From the NCBI GenBank assembly GCA_963735595.1, contig CAVTLK010000001.1:160001-224000 (forward strand): DNA of 64,000 nt, written 5' to 3'. Every line of letters starts with the position of its first letter. Position 1 is the stretch's first letter. Below are positions 50,699 through 59,964 of the stretch, one piece after another. The DNA is from an uncultured delta proteobacterium. GTDB taxonomy: Bacteria > Desulfobacterota > Zymogenia > Zymogenales > Zymogenaceae. The position numbers and the translations under genes were made by a program. Below the pieces are notes generated by a model. It saw nothing but the letters and a program-made list of their open reading frames with translations. It was not told where the DNA came from and searched no databases.

Positions 50699-51478
50699 CT
50701 ATCCTATCTGAACCGTCCGCATCGAAACCGACCCAAGATCGATACCCGTTATTGGAAAGGTGATTCTATCGTCCTGACGGGTCGCCGCAAGGGCGTAGAG
50801 TAACGGCAGGTAGTGTTCGTTGGTCGGGATTGAAAGGTCGGCTTCGCGCCCCAGCTCGTCGTACTCGATCAGACGGTCGTAACGGCGCTCGCCGATCAAC
50901 CGTGTGACGGTCTCGTCAAACGACACGGCCCAATCGTATGGTGCGGCGTTTGGCGAGTAACGCATAAGGCGCAGGTTGTGGACGAGGTTCCCGCTGCAGA
51001 CGATGAGCACATTCCGATCGCGTAGTGACGCGAGTACGCGGGCGGCCTCGAAATGTTGGCCGGCCGTTTTTCGGTAGTCAAGGCTCATCTGCACGACGGG
51101 GATATCGGCTCCGGGGTACATCCTGCGCAGGACTGACCACGCACCGTGGTCGATTCCCCAGGTATCGTCCGGGGTGATTGTCCCCCCGCAGAGGCGGATG
51201 ACCTCCTCGGCAAGGGCAGGATTCCCCGGGCATGGATACCGGACGTCGTAGAGCTCCCGTGGAAAACCGTAGAAATCGTGGATAGTCCGGGGAGCGTGCT
51301 GAGGGGATAGCCGGGTTCCGTCGGTCTCCCAATGTGCGGAGACGCACAGGATTGCGGCGGGGCGGGCGATCTCCCGCCCGAGCTTCTCCCACCCCCGGGA
51401 ATAGTCGTTGTCTTCGATCGCGTTCATGGGATTACCGTGTCCCACGAAGAGGACCGGCATGCGTGTGTCCAACGTCAT
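50699..51478 (-). CDS. ygiD: 4,5-DOPA extradiol dioxygenase-like protein (YgiD/LigB family)
   Basis: FVGHGNPMN, SAHW, TIHDFYGFP, GIDHGAW, SGNLVHNL, PTNEHYLPL. Start could also be 51523 or 51460. Confidence 0.92.
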   Translation of the reverse strand: MTLDTRMPVLFVGHGNPMNAIEDNDYSRGWEKLGREIARPAAILCVSAHWETDGTRLSPQHAPRTIHDFYGFPRELYDVRYPCPGNPALAEEVIRLCGGTITPDDTWGIDHGAWSVLRRMYPGADIPVVQMSLDYRKTAGQHFEAARVLASLRDRNVLIVCSGNLVHNLRLMRYSPNAAPYDWAVSFDETVTRLIGERRYDRLIEYDELGREADLSIPTNEHYLPLLYALAATRQDDRITFPITGIDLGSVSMRTVQIG

Positions 51479-51644
51479 TGTATTCGGTTGTTTGTAAGGC
51501 GTTTTATCTCTCCTTTGTGGCATAGGATTTCGTCACCTTGCAGCGGTTACGACGAGCGGAGTGGGAACGGTTATACAGCGGTCCCGAGGAGTTAAAACGG
51601 CGTCCGAAAGCGGCCTATCCATTCGCGGGGTGGTCATGCCGCCA

Positions 51645-53099
51645 TCACTCTTTACGCTTTCTCGTTCCTTTTTGTCCGTACATAGCGGTATCAGCCGCGT
51701 GGATAAGCGTCGTGAGCGGCTCATCCGGCCTCAGTGAGGCGGTGCCTACGCTGATATCGATGCCGTGAACCCGTGTGAGAACATTTTCCCGTATCCGTTT
51801 GGCGACCTTCGCGGCGTCCGCCTTGTTGGAGGAGGGAAGGATTATCGCGAATTCGTCGCCGCCGTATCGGAAGGCCGTATCCATGTCCTGCCTGATGGAG
51901 TTTTTGACGATCTCTCCGACCAGCCGCAGCACCTCATCGCCGGCCAGGTGCCCGTAGGTGTCGTTATATACCTTGAATTCGTCCAGGTCGAAGATGATCA
52001 GGCACAACGGGTAATCCATCCGTTGCGCTCGTTTTGACTCTTCTGCGATCTTAACAAAGAAGTAGCGCTGATTGAAAAGACCCGTCAGGTTGTCGGTGAT
52101 CGAGAGGCGGCGAAGCTCTTCTTCCAGCTTCTTTTGTTCCGTGATATCGCGGGCGATACCCCTGAAGCCGATCGGCCTATCCAGCGAGTCGGTTATCAGG
52201 GAGACGGAGACCTCAACGAAGCTACTCGTACCGTCGTTTCGTATCAATACCCAGTCAAGGCCCTTTGCGGGTTCCCTTGTCTTAAAGACAGAATAGAAAG
52301 TCCTGAATACGCGCCGCGCGGTCCGCTGATCCATGAATTGCCTATACGATATCGAGGTAAGCTCGTCATTTGGGTAGCCGATAGTCCTCGCCAGCGCGTC
52401 ATTACAGAAGGTCAGGCGGCCGACAAGGTCGACCTCGTAGTATCCCTCTCCTATGTTTTCGATAATCGTCCGGTGCTTCTCCTCCGATTCCCTGAGGGCG
52501 TCTTCGGCGCCCTTCCTGTCGGTGATGTCGCGCGCGATGGCCTGGAATCCAACGACAGCCCCTCCCTCTCGGACAAGCTGGACGTTTTGGCCTATCCAGA
52601 GGATGCCCCCCGTCTTTGTAACGAGGGGAAGCTCCAGATACGAATCGTGCGTCCCCTTCACGTACTGAAGCCCATAGAACCGCTCGACTTTCTTTAGATA
52701 CGTGGGGTGGACCAGGTCCCGATAGTCCTTGCCCATGATCTCCTGCTGAGAATAACCGAGGCGCTGAACGGCGATACTGTTAAACATGGTCAGGTGCCCC
52801 AGTGCATCGGTTCGATAGATGATATCGTTTGCCTGATCGACGAGCTGGCTGTATCTCTTCACGTTCTCGCTGATAGTCAGGATTCGTTGGGTAACCTGAT
52901 TTAAGATTTGTGGTGTCGATAGATCATCGGGGATTTGAAGAACCTCCCGATCGACGGACGAAAGGAGAACCGGAATCTCGTTCCAAAGAGTTCGGGCCTG
53001 TTCGCGGAAGCAGGCGAGGGTGCGGTTTGCCTCTTCGAGGTCCTTCCTGCAGGCGGCCAATTCATCGGTCAGCTGTTCTTTGGTCTTTTCTTTTTTCAT
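51645..53099 (-). CDS. PAS-PAS-GGDEF diguanylate cyclase
   Basis: Two PAS/PAC domains ending in RDIT; DNLTGLFN, DLDEFK.YND.YGH..GD, RYGGDEF. Confidence 0.93.
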   Translation of the reverse strand: MKKEKTKEQLTDELAACRKDLEEANRTLACFREQARTLWNEIPVLLSSVDREVLQIPDDLSTPQILNQVTQRILTISENVKRYSQLVDQANDIIYRTDALGHLTMFNSIAVQRLGYSQQEIMGKDYRDLVHPTYLKKVERFYGLQYVKGTHDSYLELPLVTKTGGILWIGQNVQLVREGGAVVGFQAIARDITDRKGAEDALRESEEKHRTIIENIGEGYYEVDLVGRLTFCNDALARTIGYPNDELTSISYRQFMDQRTARRVFRTFYSVFKTREPAKGLDWVLIRNDGTSSFVEVSVSLITDSLDRPIGFRGIARDITEQKKLEEELRRLSITDNLTGLFNQRYFFVKIAEESKRAQRMDYPLCLIIFDLDEFKVYNDTYGHLAGDEVLRLVGEIVKNSIRQDMDTAFRYGGDEFAIILPSSNKADAAKVAKRIRENVLTRVHGIDISVGTASLRPDEPLTTLIHAADTAMYGQKGTRKRKE

Positions 53100-53236
53100 C
53101 CTGTTGGGGAGCCAATCCGGAGCTTGATTATTCAGTTTTAATTATACCAGAGAGTCCGTCGACTGGCAAGGCTTCTGGCGATTGGCGGCGCATGAAAGGA
53201 ACAGGCGGGCCCGGCGGTTATACGTCTATTTTTCTC

Positions 53237-53283
53237 TTGACATCGTATTCCCGTACGGGTATAAGCGAACGAACGTTCATTCG
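53237..53283 (+). promoter_or_regulatory. Promoter and probable TetR operator for tetR-prpE
   Basis: TTGACA-17-TATAAG immediately followed by the imperfect palindrome CGAACGAACGTTCATTCG (53266-53283). Confidence 0.65.
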
Positions 53284-53402
53284 GAATTGTCAGGCCGCGA
53301 TCTTTCTGGTCACTTTCGCGTTTGATATACCCACACCGGCCGACCGTGGTAATTACGGTTATCTCCCTCTGGGGATACATCCTTTTGCCTTTTGGGGTTG
53401 CT

Positions 53403-54008
53403 ATGTCTCGGGTGCCGTCGCGAGTTAAAGATAAGGAGCTTGTCGACGAACGGAGAAGGGCCATCGTCGAGGGAGCCACATCTGTCTTCAAAGAGAAGGG
53501 TTACCCCAAGGCCACAGTTCGCGAGATCGCGCAGGCGGCACGGCTCGGGACGGGCAGTATTTACGATTACGTGAAGTCCAAGGACGATATCCTCTACCTC
53601 TTCTACGAAAACTATATGAACAGCTTCTACGAGAAGCTCATGAAATCGGGCAGTAAAGAGGACGACCCGCGATACGCTCTTGCAGCTGCATACCGCTCGC
53701 TCATTGAAGTCTGCTTTGATCTCGAAGACCAGGTAATGCTGGCATATACACAGGCCATGTATATGAAAAACCGGTACCTCAAGAATATCCTCGCCCGAGA
53801 GGCCGAGATCGTGGATACATTCAAGGAGATACTCACGCGTTGCGGACTGTCCGACCACGACGCGGGCCTTACCGCAAACTACCTGGTTTTTTCGGCGACA
53901 TTCGGAGTATTGAGGCGCTGGAACCTTAAAAGACACTACAGCCGTCAGGAGCTGACCGATTACCTGATTCGTGAAAACATACAGGGGTTCATTGAACCCG
54001 CTAAATAA
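53403..54008 (+). CDS. TetR/AcrR family transcriptional regulator
   Basis: HTH FKEKGY..ATVREIA.AA.LG.GSIYDYV.SKDDIL. Confidence 0.92.
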   Translation: MSRVPSRVKDKELVDERRRAIVEGATSVFKEKGYPKATVREIAQAARLGTGSIYDYVKSKDDILYLFYENYMNSFYEKLMKSGSKEDDPRYALAAAYRSLIEVCFDLEDQVMLAYTQAMYMKNRYLKNILAREAEIVDTFKEILTRCGLSDHDAGLTANYLVFSATFGVLRRWNLKRHYSRQELTDYLIRENIQGFIEPAK

Positions 54009-54035
54009 CTATCGTATTGTCAAGAGGAGGAATCT

Positions 54036-55958
54036 ATGCATCAGGACGAAAGCAGATTTTTGCCGGTTGCCGACTACGAAAAACTCCATGCGATGTCGGT
54101 TACGGAGCCCGAGAAATTCTGGGGCGGTTGCGCCGAGTATCTTCATTGGTACAAGAAATGGGACAAGGTCCTCGACGACTCTAAGGCCCCGTTTTATCGC
54201 TGGTTCGTGGGCGGGAAAACCAACATCTGCTACAACGCCGTTGACCGGCACGCCCTCGGGAATAAACGGGGCATGGCGGCCATTATTTGGGAGTCCCCGA
54301 CGACGGGGCAATCGCGTACTCTTACATATTTCCAGCTATTTCGCGAGGTAAACCGGTTTGCCGGCGTCCTCAAGAATCTCGGTGTCAAGAAGGGCGATCG
54401 GGTCGTCATCTACATGCCGATGGTGCCCGAGGCGGCCATAGCGATGCTGGCGTGCGTCCGGATAGGCGCCATACACAGCGTCGTCTTCGGGGGGTTTTCG
54501 ACCGAGTCGCTGGCCGACCGTATCAACGACGCCGCACCGAAGGTCGTCGTATGCGCGGAGGCGGGCAGCCGAAAGGGAAGCGTTGTTCCCCTCAAGAAGA
54601 TCATTGACGATTCGCTGGCGGCGGCCAAAGTAAAGGTGGATAAAGTCATCGTGCTCAACCGGGGAATCGGCGAGCTCAATCTCGTGGCCGGCCGTGATAT
54701 CCTCTGGGACGAGGCGATGGAAAAACACGGCGAGCTTTTCGTCGAGCCGGAACAGCTGGATTCCACCGATCCGTCCTACATCCTCTATACCTCGGGGACT
54801 ACCGGTAAACCGAAGGGGGTCGTGCGCGACACCGGCGGCTACATGGTGGCGCTGCACGCGTCAATGGGGCAGATCTATGACGTGGCCGACGGCGACGTCT
54901 ATTTTTCCACCTCGGATATCGGCTGGGTAGTGGGCCATTCCTATATCGTCTACGCGCCGCTCCTCAAGGGAGTGCCGACGGTAATGTTCGAAGGGACGCC
55001 CGACCATCCGAACCCGGGCATCTGGTGGGACGTGGTCGCGAAATACGGTGTTACCACGATGTTTTCCGCACCGACCGCGATGCGCGTTTTGAGGAAATTT
55101 CCCGAGAGCTGGTTCAAGGAAAAGGACCTGAGCTCACTGAAGTACGTATTTCTTGCCGGTGAGCCTCTGGACGAGCCGACCTACCAGTGGGCGACAAGCG
55201 CGCTGGGGACCAAGGTCATTGACCACTATTGGCAGACGGAGTCGGGCTGGCCGATGCTGACCAACATGCCGGGCGTCCAGTTCCTCCCGATCAAGCCAGG
55301 ATCTCCGACGAAGGGGGCGATGGGATATCAGTTCCTGGTTGTCAACGACAAGGGAGAAGAGATTCCCCGCGGCGAGAAGGGATTTCTCGTTGCCAAGGGA
55401 CCGATCCCCCCGGGAACGCTCATGACGATCTGGGGAGACGACGAGCGCTATAAGGAGAGCTACTGGGACGTCTATCCCGGCAAGAACTTCTACCATACGG
55501 GCGATTTTGCGATCATGGACAAGGACGGGTACCTCTGGATGCTGGGACGGGCCGACGAAGTCCTCAACGTGGCCGGCCACAGGCTGGGCACCCGCGAGGT
55601 GGAGGAGGTGCTGTCGGGCCACCCGGCGGTCGCCGAGACTTCGGTCATTGGCGTCAAGGACGAGCTCAAGGGGGAGGGGATATTCGCGTTCGTCGTGCTC
55701 AAGGCGGATGTCAAGCCGAGCGCGGAGATCGAAAAAGAGCTGGTCAAGCTCGTCCGGGATAAGATCGGCGCCATAGCCACGCCCAAGGAGATCCGGTTCA
55801 TCCACGCCCTTCCCAAAACCCGCAGCGGAAAGATCATGCGCCGGGTCATCAAGGCGGTCGCGGAGGGGCAGAAGCTCGGGGATCTCTCGACTATCGAGGA
55901 CGGTGCGACGGTCGACGAGGTAAAGAAGGCGCTGGAGACGATGGGGGCGGATAAGTAG
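54036..55958 (+). CDS. prpE: Propionate/acetate-CoA ligase (PrpE-like)
   Basis: YTSGTTGKPKGVVRD (PrpE-type), DHYWQTESG, GRADEVLNVAGHRLGTRE, PKTRSGKIMRR. Confidence 0.88.
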   Translation: MHQDESRFLPVADYEKLHAMSVTEPEKFWGGCAEYLHWYKKWDKVLDDSKAPFYRWFVGGKTNICYNAVDRHALGNKRGMAAIIWESPTTGQSRTLTYFQLFREVNRFAGVLKNLGVKKGDRVVIYMPMVPEAAIAMLACVRIGAIHSVVFGGFSTESLADRINDAAPKVVVCAEAGSRKGSVVPLKKIIDDSLAAAKVKVDKVIVLNRGIGELNLVAGRDILWDEAMEKHGELFVEPEQLDSTDPSYILYTSGTTGKPKGVVRDTGGYMVALHASMGQIYDVADGDVYFSTSDIGWVVGHSYIVYAPLLKGVPTVMFEGTPDHPNPGIWWDVVAKYGVTTMFSAPTAMRVLRKFPESWFKEKDLSSLKYVFLAGEPLDEPTYQWATSALGTKVIDHYWQTESGWPMLTNMPGVQFLPIKPGSPTKGAMGYQFLVVNDKGEEIPRGEKGFLVAKGPIPPGTLMTIWGDDERYKESYWDVYPGKNFYHTGDFAIMDKDGYLWMLGRADEVLNVAGHRLGTREVEEVLSGHPAVAETSVIGVKDELKGEGIFAFVVLKADVKPSAEIEKELVKLVRDKIGAIATPKEIRFIHALPKTRSGKIMRRVIKAVAEGQKLGDLSTIEDGATVDEVKKALETMGADK

Positions 55959-55987
55959 GTTCTAGAGCAAGACAGATAAGAATAGAG

Positions 55988-56014
55988 AGGCCGGGGAAAC
56001 CCGGCCTTTCTTTT
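55988..56014 (+). terminator. Intrinsic terminator after prpE
   Basis: AGGCCGGG-GAAA-CCCGGCCT followed by TTCTTTT. Confidence 0.8.
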
Positions 56015-56490
56015 ATGTATTTTTCTTTGATTGAGATTGGCCGTTGCGTCCGTTCGAGCTAAAACGTTGTTTACTGATGAATGTACCGTCAGGGACGTTG
56101 CCGGAGCAAAACCGCTCAAGGGTGACTCGGGATACCCGCTGTTTGAAAACAGAGGACAGATGTGTTGACTTTTTCTACACGAAGATATATTGTTAGTTAA
56201 CGTGCGAGGGCGCCCATGATAACACGTATTGCATTGGAGCACAACTATTGATTGATAAAAATTGCCGCGTTGACGGATTGTGAAATAGAACCGACGATAC
56301 AGACGGACTGCAATGATTCACAAAAGGCTCGTCTTCTTACGCGCTATCTTTGTAGCCGGATCTCCCCCATCGAAATACAGGATGCGGATGTTGGTTCCGC
56401 CCGCATGGTATCAGACGCGATTCAACAGATGCCCGCGTTACTTCAAATGGTATCGGGAACGTGTGAATGTTCCGAAGGAGGCACCGAGAT

Positions 56491-57123
56491 ATGCTCAAGG
56501 AGTACATTCCAAACTCAATAATGCATGTTGCTTTACTCACGATACGGGATATCATCGGTGAAAATGGTCTTAACTCGATACTGAATTACTCGGGGCTCAG
56601 CAAGTACAGAGATAGGTTTCCGCCCAACGACGAGAAGCTCGAGGTGGCGGGAAGCGATTTTACTAAAATTACGGGGGGCATACTGGACGTCTTCGGTGAA
56701 AAGGGCTCCCGGGTCTTGCTGTATAGAGCTGGCCGTCGCTCATGGCAGGTCATGATGGAAAAGACCCCGGCAACAATAGGATTTATAGAGCTCGGTCTCA
56801 AGTTATTATCCAAGAGAAAACGGCTCGAAAAGGTCTTTACGCTCGGCGCTGAATCAAATAATAAAGCCTTCGGGGAAAACCAGAGATTCTACGTGAGTGA
56901 CGAGGGATTTGTCTGCGAGTTGTTCGATTGTTTCTGGTGCAAGGGGCTCAAGAGCAGCGGGCCTGTCTGTTTCGGCGAGGTGGGCCTTGACGCGGAAATA
57001 GCCAAATGGGCAACGGGTGAAGAGCATGAGGTGAAGGAGGTTCTGTGCAAAGCCCGGGGGGACGATGTTTGTAAGTTCGTGATCTCTTTCGAGCCCAAGG
57101 AAAGCGGTTCCGGCGACGACTAA
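56491..57123 (+). CDS. Stand-alone V4R (4-vinyl reductase) domain protein
   Basis: AAGGAGG RBS; GENGLNSILNYSGL, FGEKG..VLL.RAGR, CFWC, VKEVLCKARGDDVCKF. Confidence 0.85.
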   Translation: MLKEYIPNSIMHVALLTIRDIIGENGLNSILNYSGLSKYRDRFPPNDEKLEVAGSDFTKITGGILDVFGEKGSRVLLYRAGRRSWQVMMEKTPATIGFIELGLKLLSKRKRLEKVFTLGAESNNKAFGENQRFYVSDEGFVCELFDCFWCKGLKSSGPVCFGEVGLDAEIAKWATGEEHEVKEVLCKARGDDVCKFVISFEPKESGSGDD

Positions 57124-57152
57124 TATTTGCCAGTTGCGTCAAAACTGTACAT

Positions 57153-57189
57153 AAACAGAAAGGCCGGGGTAACCCGGCCTTCTTTTTTT
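57153..57189. terminator. Bidirectional intrinsic terminator
   Basis: AGGCCGGG-GTAA-CCCGGCCT with T-rich tails on both strands, between convergent genes. Confidence 0.8.
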
Positions 57190-57229
57190 AATGAATCCAT
57201 TCTCACTAAGCTTTAATGGTGTCGTAACC

Positions 57230-58267
57230 TTATGCAAGCTGCTTGCCGAGGTTCTTGTTTGCTTCCTTTGCTTCCTTCACTATCCGCTCCATGACTTCGG
57301 CTACCGTGGGGACGTCATTTAAGAGCCCCATCACCTGGCCGACCGGGAGAACGCCTATCTCGTGATCGCCCAATTCGGTCGCCCGTTTGATCGAATTAAA
57401 GGCGTTGGCCATATAACCCAGCGCGATTGCCTTCTTTGGACCGGACGCAAGAACCCCGAGGAAAAGCTTGGAAAAGGGAAGGCCAAGCTGTTTTGCGATG
57501 GCCCGGGAGTTTACGAAGGCGGCGGGGAGATTCAAACCCCGTTTGAGGACCTTGCGGGCGGGCCCGGTGTCCATCACGCGGGCCGGCAGGCCGTCAAAAT
57601 GGGCGGAATAGATCGTATCATACGGCGTCATCTTGAGAGACAGGTCCTTGTAGTAATCGTGCAGGGGGCTCTCCTTCGTAGTCATGAACCGCGTCCCCAT
57701 GGCGACGGCGTCCGCCCCGAGAGAGAGTGCGGCCGCAAGACCTCTCCCGTCGGCGAATCCGCCCGCGGCGATTACCGGGATATTGAGGGTGTCGGCCAGC
57801 GTCGGAACCAGGACGAGGCTCGTTACCGGGCCGCCGTGTCCCGCGGCTTCGTGGCCCGTAACGATAACGGCATCGGCACCGTAATCCTGGGCGCGCTTGG
57901 CGTGACGGACGTTGACGACGGTGGCCATGACTTTTCCGCCGTACTTATGGGCGCGTTCTACGATCCAATCGCCTTTGCCGAGGGCGAAGTTTATTACCGG
58001 CACCTTTTCTTCCAGGAGCACCTCGGCATTAGGGGTGGCCCCGGGAAGCATCAGGGACGCGTTTGCAGCGAACGGCTTTTTTGTGAGGCTCCGTATCTCT
58101 CGAATCGCCTGCCTGGTCTCGTCAGCCGAGAGCGGGCCGGTGGCGAGGATGCCGAGGCCGCCTGCGTTTGAAACGGCCGCCACCATCTTGGGTACGGAAA
58201 TCCAGCTCATGCCCGAGAGGATGACGGGGTATTGAATGCCGAAAAGCTCAGTGATACGGGTCTTCAT
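57230..58267 (-). CDS. Nitronate monooxygenase / FabK-like FMN oxidoreductase (copy 1)
   Basis: MKTRITELFGI.YP, AVSNAGGLG, GHEAAGHGG, AAGGFADGRG, MGTRF; AAGGAG RBS. Confidence 0.9.
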   Translation of the reverse strand: MKTRITELFGIQYPVILSGMSWISVPKMVAAVSNAGGLGILATGPLSADETRQAIREIRSLTKKPFAANASLMLPGATPNAEVLLEEKVPVINFALGKGDWIVERAHKYGGKVMATVVNVRHAKRAQDYGADAVIVTGHEAAGHGGPVTSLVLVPTLADTLNIPVIAAGGFADGRGLAAALSLGADAVAMGTRFMTTKESPLHDYYKDLSLKMTPYDTIYSAHFDGLPARVMDTGPARKVLKRGLNLPAAFVNSRAIAKQLGLPFSKLFLGVLASGPKKAIALGYMANAFNSIKRATELGDHEIGVLPVGQVMGLLNDVPTVAEVMERIVKEAKEANKNLGKQLA

Positions 58268-58452
58268 GGGTGTCTCCTTTTCAAGATAGTCGGAGTGGAA
58301 TAGGTTAGTAATACCCACTTACTTTATCGTCCAAAAAAAAAGCGCTGATCGACTGTGCGGCTAATTTCATACCACGGACGGAGATCTCTGGCAAGTAAAA
58401 AAGCGTCCGTTTTCCGCTTAACCGTAGAGCGCAGGGGGTTTCTCGTTTTTAT

Positions 58453-58497
58453 AGCATCAAGACCCGCGGAAGGTTTCGTTCCGCGGGTCTTGATGCT
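58453..58497. repeat. Perfect 19-bp inverted repeat
   Basis: AGCATCAAGACCCGCGGAA-N7-TTCCGCGGGTCTTGATGCT between the two NMO paralogs. Confidence 0.85.
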
Positions 58498-58546
58498 GTC
58501 GTGATGATATCGGGGTCGGCAGTCAAGGCCGATAGCCGATTGCCGA

Positions 58547-59584
58547 TTAGGCGCACATGCCGGCCGTCTTCTTGGTAATCTCTGAGGCTTCCTTGACCAT
58601 CCGGTCCATGAGTTGGGCCACCGTCGGGATATCCTTGATAAGGCCGGTTGCCTGGCCGACGGTAAGTACGCCCTTTTTCATGTCGCCTTTTTCGGTTGCT
58701 CGCATGATGGCGTCAAAGGCGGTGGCCATGTATCCAAGCTGCTTGGCGTTCTTATATCCGGAAAGCATCACGCCGAAGAAGAGCTTCATGTAGGGAAGGT
58801 GGAGCTGCTCGGCGATCATCTTTGAATTAACAAGTGCCCCGATCGGGTCAAATCCCTTTTTTATTGCCCTTCTGGCCGCGGGGGTATCCAGAACCCGGCA
58901 GCCCATGCCGTCAAATCGGGTGGAATAGATGGTGTCGTCGGCGGTCTTCTCGATAGAAAGCTTCTTATAGACCTCGTGAAGGCCGCTCTCCTTGGTTGAC
59001 ATAAAGCGGGTGCCCATCGCGATTCCGTCTGCCCCGAGCGCAAGCGCGGCGGCAAGACCCCGCCCGTCGGCAAACCCTCCTGCGGCGATAATCGGGATTT
59101 TCACGACATCGGCAATGGTCGGCACGAGCAGCAGGGACGTAGCGTCGCCGCCGTGGGCCGCGGCCTCGTGACCGGTAACGACAACCGCGTCGGTACCGTA
59201 ATCTTGGGCGCGTTTGGCGTGCCGGGAGTTGACGACAGTGGCGATAACCTTTCCCCCGTATTCGTGGGCGGCCTTGACAATCCAATCGCCTTTGCCGAGG
59301 GAAAAGTTGATGACCGGCACTTTTTCTTCGAGAAGCACAACGGCATTCTGGGCCGCCCCGGGAAACAGGAGCGTGGCGTTCGCGCCGAACGGCTTCTTGG
59401 TATATTTCCTGATCTCTTTAATTGCGGCTCTTGTCTGGTCGGGATCCAGGGGCCCGGTCGCAAGAAGGCCGAGACCTCCGGCCTCGGAAACGGCGGCCAC
59501 CATCTTGGGGACGGAGATCCAGCTCATGCCGGAGAGCATGATGGGGTATTTGATACCGAATAGCTCCGTAATTCGCGTCTTCAT
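58547..59584 (-). CDS. Nitronate monooxygenase / FabK-like FMN oxidoreductase (copy 2)
   Basis: Same motifs as copy 1 (GHEAAAHGG); 345 aa; AAGGAGG RBS. Confidence 0.9.
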   Translation of the reverse strand: MKTRITELFGIKYPIMLSGMSWISVPKMVAAVSEAGGLGLLATGPLDPDQTRAAIKEIRKYTKKPFGANATLLFPGAAQNAVVLLEEKVPVINFSLGKGDWIVKAAHEYGGKVIATVVNSRHAKRAQDYGTDAVVVTGHEAAAHGGDATSLLLVPTIADVVKIPIIAAGGFADGRGLAAALALGADGIAMGTRFMSTKESGLHEVYKKLSIEKTADDTIYSTRFDGMGCRVLDTPAARRAIKKGFDPIGALVNSKMIAEQLHLPYMKLFFGVMLSGYKNAKQLGYMATAFDAIMRATEKGDMKKGVLTVGQATGLIKDIPTVAQLMDRMVKEASEITKKTAGMCA

Positions 59585-59639
59585 TCAGTTCCTCCTTGGG
59601 GTCTATGATAAAGCAATAGCGGGAGTTACATGACCTGAC

Positions 59640-59667
59640 ATTATATACAAATCGTACAGGCTGTCAA
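59640..59667 (-). promoter_or_regulatory. Sigma70-type promoter for NMO copy 2
   Basis: Minus strand TTGACA, 16 bp spacer, TATAAT. Confidence 0.6.
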
Positions 59668-59964
59668 ATAAAATACCGGTGCGTGGGCGAATGGCGCGTA
59701 GATGAACAAGGCAGGGCGAAATACAAGCCGATTATGCGCGTATGGGAGCCGGCAAAGGCCGTTGATCAGGCATAAGGGACGTGTTCAAAAAGAAAAAAAA
59801 GGGGGGGAAATATAACTAACCAACGAGAATACTATCCATACCACGCGTTCTGTCAGGTCTTATTGCCCGTACCTATGACATAGAGTCTAACGCAATAATG
59901 GCCTAGCCGGTTTCTCGTTGACATGGTGTCATGCCGATACTCGGTGCGAGGGAAACGGCGGGTT

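Noticed and set aside
56252..56561. Small ORFs upstream of the V4R gene
   Set aside because: No convincing RBS or motifs, and one overlaps V4R out of frame.
59787..59810. A8-G7 homopolymer tract as a phase-variation site
   Set aside because: Intergenic and not within an identified promoter spacer; run lengths are also unreliable in this assembly.
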